Position numbers and translations under genes: made by a program
Notes under the pieces: model-generated
Databases searched by the model: none
Seen by the model: the letters and a program-made list of their open reading frames with translations, nothing else
What the model was told of the DNA's origin: nothing
Assembly (NCBI RefSeq): GCF_036365525.1
Contig: NC_090404.1
Location: 11,498,550 to 11,562,549, forward strand
DNA: 64,000 bases
Direction of reading: 5' to 3'
Source of the DNA: Heterodontus francisci
Lineage: Eukaryota
Part shown: piece by piece, positions 60,585 to 64,000 of the stretch
How positions within the stretch are numbered: position 1 is the first letter of the stretch
How the letters are laid out: the number at the start of each line of letters is the position of its first letter

Positions 60585-63096
60585 AAAGAAACAAAGAACA
60601 AAGATAATTACAGCACAGGAACAGGCCCTTCGGCCCTCCAAGCCTGCGCCGATCCAGATCCTCTATCTAAACATGTCGCCTATTTTCTAAGCTTCTGTAT
60701 CTCTTTTCTTCCTGCCCATTCATGTATCTGTCTAGATACATCTTAAAAGACTCCATCGTGCCCGCATCTACCACCTCCGCTGGCAATGCGTTCCAGGTGC
60801 CCACCACCCTCTGCGTAAAGAACTTTCCACGCATATCCCCCCTAAACTTTTCCCCTTTCACTTTGAACTCGTGTCCTCTAGTAATTGAAACCCCCACTCT
60901 GGGAAAAAGCTTCTTGCTATCCACCCTGTCTATACCTCTCATGATTTTGTACACCTCAATCAGGTCCCCCCTCAACCTCCGTCTTTCTAATGAAAATAAT
61001 CCTAATCTACTCAACCTCTCTTCATAGCTAGCGCCCTCCATACCAGGCAACATCCTGGTGAACCTCCTCTGCACCCTTTCCAAAGCATCCACATCCTTTT
61101 GATAATGTGGCGACCAGAACTGTACGCAGTATTCCAAATGTGGCCGAACCAAAGTCCTATACAACTGTAACATGACCTGCCAACTCTTGTACTCAATGCC
61201 CCGTCCGATGAAGGAAAGCATGCCGTATGCCTTCTTGACCACTCTATTTACCTGCGTTGCCACCTTCAGGGAACAGTGGACCTGAACACCCAAATCTCTC
61301 TGGACATCAATTTTCCCCAGGACTTTTCCATTTACTGTATAGTTCACTCTTGAATTGGATCTTCCAAAATGCATCACCTCGTATTTGCCCTGATTGAACT
61401 CCATCTGCCATTTCTCTGCCCAACTCTCCAATCTATCTATATTCTGCTGTATTCTCTGACAGTCCCCTTCACTATCTGCTACTCCACCAATCTTAGTGTC
61501 GTCTGCAAATTTGCTAATCAGTCCACCTATTCTTTCCTCCAAATCATTAATGTATATCACAAACAACAGTGGTCCCAGCACGGATCCCTGTGGAACACCA
61601 CTGGTCACACGTCTCCATTTTGAGAAACTCCCTTCTACTGCTACTCTCTGTCTCCTGTTGCCCAGCCAGTTCTTTATCCATCTAGCTAGTACACCTTGGA
61701 CCCCAAGCGCCTTCACTTTCTCCATCAGCCTGCCATGGGGAACCTTATCAAACGCCTTACTGAAGTCCATGTATATGACATCGACAGCCCTTCCCTCATC
61801 AATCAACTTTGTCACTTCCTCAAAGAATTCTATTAAGTTGGTTAGACATGACCTTCCCTGCACAAAACCATGTTGCCTATCACTGATGAGCCCATTTTCT
61901 TCCAAATGGGAATAGATCCTATCCCTCAGTATCTTCTCCAGCAGCTTCCCTACCACTGACGTCAGGCTCACCGGTCTATAATTACCTGGATTATCCCTGC
62001 TACCCTTCTTAAACAAGGGGACAACATTAGCAATTCTCCAGTCCTCCGGGACCTCACCCGTGTTTAAGGATGCTGCAAAGATATCTGTTAAGGCCCCAGC
62101 TATTTCCTCTCTCGCTTCCCTCAGTAACCTGGGATAGATCCCATCCGGACCTGGGGACTTGTCCACCTTAATGCCCTTTAGAATACCCAACACTTCCTCC
62201 CTCCTTATGCCGACTTGACCTAGAGTAATCAAACATCTGTTCCTAACCTCAACATCCGTCATGTCCCTCTCCTCGGTGAATACCGATGCAAAGTACTCGT
62301 TTAGAATCTCACCCATTTTCTCTGAGTCCAAGCATAACATTCCTCCTTTGTCCTTTAGTGGGCCAATCCTTTCTCTAGTTACCCTCTTTCTCCTTATATA
62401 TGAATAAAAGGCTTTGGAATTTTCCTTAACCCTGTTTGCTAAAGATATTTCATGACCCCTTTTAGCCCTCTTAATTCCTCGTTTCAGATTGGTCCTACAT
62501 TCCCGATATTCTTTCAAAGCTTCGTCTTTCATCAGCCGCCTAGACCTTATGTATGCTTCCTTTTTCCTCTTAGCTAGTCTCACAATTTCACCTGTCATCC
62601 ATGGTTCCCTAATCTTGCCATTTCTATCCCTCATTTTCACAGGAACATGTCTCTCCTGCACGCTAATCAACCTCTCTTTAAAAGCCTCCCACATATCACA
62701 TGTGGATTTACCTTCAAACAGCTGCTCCCAATCTACATTTCCCAGCTCCTGCCGAATTTTGGTATAGTTGGCCTTCCCCCAATTTAGCACTCTTCCTTTA
62801 GGACCACTCTCGTCTTTGTCCATGAGTATTTTAAAGCTTACGGAATTGTGATCACTATTCCCAAAGTAGTCCCCTACTGAAACTTCAACAACCTGGCCGG
62901 GCTCATTCCCCAACACCAGGTCCAGTATGGCCCCTTCCCGAGTTGGACTATTTACATACTGCTCTAGAAAACCCTCCTGGATGCTCCTTACAAATTCTGC
63001 TCCATCTGGACCTCTAACATTAAGCGAATCCCAGTCAATGTTGGGAAAATTAAAATCTCCTATCACCACCACCCTGTTGCTCCTACATCTTTCCAT
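60585..63096 (-). mobile_element. Young 5'-truncated CR1 LINE
   Basis: Uninterrupted ~810-codon ORF2, 3' UTR 'ggagggccgaagggcctgttcctgtgctgta' and (TCTTTGT)-type tail. Confidence 0.95.
60667..63096 (-). CDS. CR1 ORF2 (C-terminal APE + complete RT), N-terminally truncated
   Basis: GDFN, LDLVL, SDH, KSPGPDG, YRPVSL, QHGF, DFSKAFD, GVPQGSVLGP, FADD. Confidence 0.9.
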   Translation of the reverse strand: MERCRSNRVVVIGDFNFPNIDWDSLNVRGPDGAEFVRSIQEGFLEQYVNSPTREGAILDLVLGNEPGQVVEVSVGDYFGNSDHNSVSFKILMDKDESGPKGRVLNWGKANYTKIRQELGNVDWEQLFEGKSTCDMWEAFKERLISVQERHVPVKMRDRNGKIREPWMTGEIVRLAKRKKEAYIRSRRLMKDEALKEYRECRTNLKRGIKRAKRGHEISLANRVKENSKAFYSYIRRKRVTRERIGPLKDKGGMLCLDSEKMGEILNEYFASVFTEERDMTDVEVRNRCLITLGQVGIRREEVLGILKGIKVDKSPGPDGIYPRLLREAREEIAGALTDIFAASLNTGEVPEDWRIANVVPLFKKGSRDNPGNYRPVSLTSVVGKLLEKILRDRIYSHLEENGLISDRQHGFVQGRSCLTNLIEFFEEVTKLIDEGRAVDVIYMDFSKAFDKVPHGRLMEKVKALGVQGVLARWIKNWLGNRRQRVAVEGSFSKWRRVTSGVPQGSVLGPLLFVIYINDLEERIGGLISKFADDTKIGGVADSEGDCQRIQQNIDRLESWAEKWQMEFNQGKYEVMHFGRSNSRVNYTVNGKVLGKIDVQRDLGVQVHCSLKVATQVNRVVKKAYGMLSFIGRGIEYKSWQVMLQLYRTLVRPHLEYCVQFWSPHYQKDVDALERVQRRFTRMLPGMEGASYEERLSRLGLFSLERRRLRGDLIEVYKIMRGIDRVDSKKLFPRVGVSITRGHEFKVKGEKFRGDMRGKFFTQRVVGTWNALPAEVVDAGTMESFKMYLDRYMNGQEEKRYRSLENRRHV

Positions 63097-63347
63097 GGAA
63101 TCCATCATTAAGAAAGTAGCAGCAGAACATTTAGAAATTCATAATGCAATCAAGCAGAGTCAGCATAGTTTTATGAAAAGGAAATCGTGTTTGACAGATT
63201 TATTAGAGTTGAGGATGGAGCGAGCAGGGTGTATAAAGGGAACCAGTAGATGTAGTGTATTTGGATTTCGAAAAGGCATTTGATAAAGTGCCACTTAAAA
63301 GTTTACTACGCAAGAGCTCATAGTGTTGAGGGTAATATATTAGCACA

Positions 63348-63703
63348 GGGCGGCGCAGTGGTTAGCACCGCAGCCTAACAGCTCCAGCGACCCGGGTTCA
63401 ATTCTGGCTACTGCCTGTGTGGAGTTTGCAAGTTCTCCTTGTGTCTGCGTGGGTTTCCTCCGGGTGCTCCGGTTTCCTCCCACATGCCAAAGACTTGCAG
63501 GTTGATAGGTAAATTGGCCATTATAAATTGACCCTAGTATAGGTAGGTGGTAGGGAAATATAGGGGCAGGTGGGGATGTGGTAGGAATATGGAATTAGTG
63601 TAGGATTAGTATAAATGGGTGGCTGATGGTCGGCACAGACTCGGTGGGCCGAAGGGCCTGTTTCAGTGCTGTATCTCAAAATCAAATAAAAAATAAATAA
63701 AAA
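63348..63703 (+). mobile_element. tRNA-derived V-SINE (HE1-like)
   Basis: GGCGCAGTGGTTAGC A box, GGGTTCAATTC B box, V-domain, CR1-type tail, A-rich end. Confidence 0.9.
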
Positions 63704-64000
63704 TAGATAGAGGATTAGCTAACTAACAGGAAACAGAGAGTTGGGATAAATGAGTCATTTTCAGGTTGGCAAACTAACTGGTGGAGTGCCACAGAGACCG
63801 GTGGTGGGGCCTCAACCATTCACAATCTGTATTAATGACTTGGATGAAGGGACCAAGTGCATTGGAGCTAAATTTGCGCACGATGCAAAGACAGGGAGGA
63901 ATGCAAGTTGTGAGGAGGACACAGAGTCTGTAAAGAGATATAGATACGTTAAGTGAATGGGCAAAAATTTGGCAGATGCAGTATAATGTGGGAAAATGTG

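Larger units (their letters stand above)
59885..64000 (+). mobile_element. Older CR1 ORF2 hosting a nested CR1 and a SINE
   Basis: LNQYFASVFT, KSPGPDG, GNYRPVNLTSV...ESIIK, QHSF..RKSCLT, GVPQ, KFA.D. Confidence 0.8.

Noticed and set aside
61369-62767. Plus-strand ORFs opposite the CR1 ORF2, and similar antisense or alternate-frame ORFs over LINEs, ZNFs and CpG islands
   Set aside because: Shadow ORFs from codon bias and GC content, with no independent motifs.
63348-63420. tRNA gene
   Set aside because: The A/B boxes belong to a SINE head that continues into a V-domain and LINE tail; the same applies to the copies at 12097 and 32836.

Overview
Eukaryotic, repeat-dense DNA, most likely from a cartilaginous fish (shark). 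This is inferred from HE1/V-type tRNA SINEs with CR1-type tails, a DeuSINE fragment and abundant CR1 LINEs. The window is a cluster of eight paralogous C2H2 zinc-finger (ZNF) loci on both strands, with no KRAB domain visible. Five have uninterrupted arrays of 7-13 fingers and three are pseudogenes. They are built from a few duplicated 5' modules (here X, Y, Z) and sit among CR1, L2, Tx1 and Penelope retroelements, LTRs, a MITE and minisatellites. Main points: (1) four of the five intact arrays have no AUG at the family start position (ACG x3, ACA x1), which lies 39 nt after a shared in-frame TGA and decayed 'fossil' fingers; (2) a CpG-island micro-exon occurs three times, encodes a frame-conserved 24-26 aa peptide and has a donor in phase with the ZNF-exon acceptors; (3) short non-coding, hammerhead-bearing, sometimes fold-back elements with 13-15 bp TSDs derive from a Penelope terminus, and several lie inside the ZNF 5' modules; (4) a decayed endogenous-virus 3' end (env-like gene + PPT + LTR) has an envelope that looks more like an F-type fusion protein than a gamma-type Env. 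Repeat boundaries were read by eye and are approximate unless a TSD is given.
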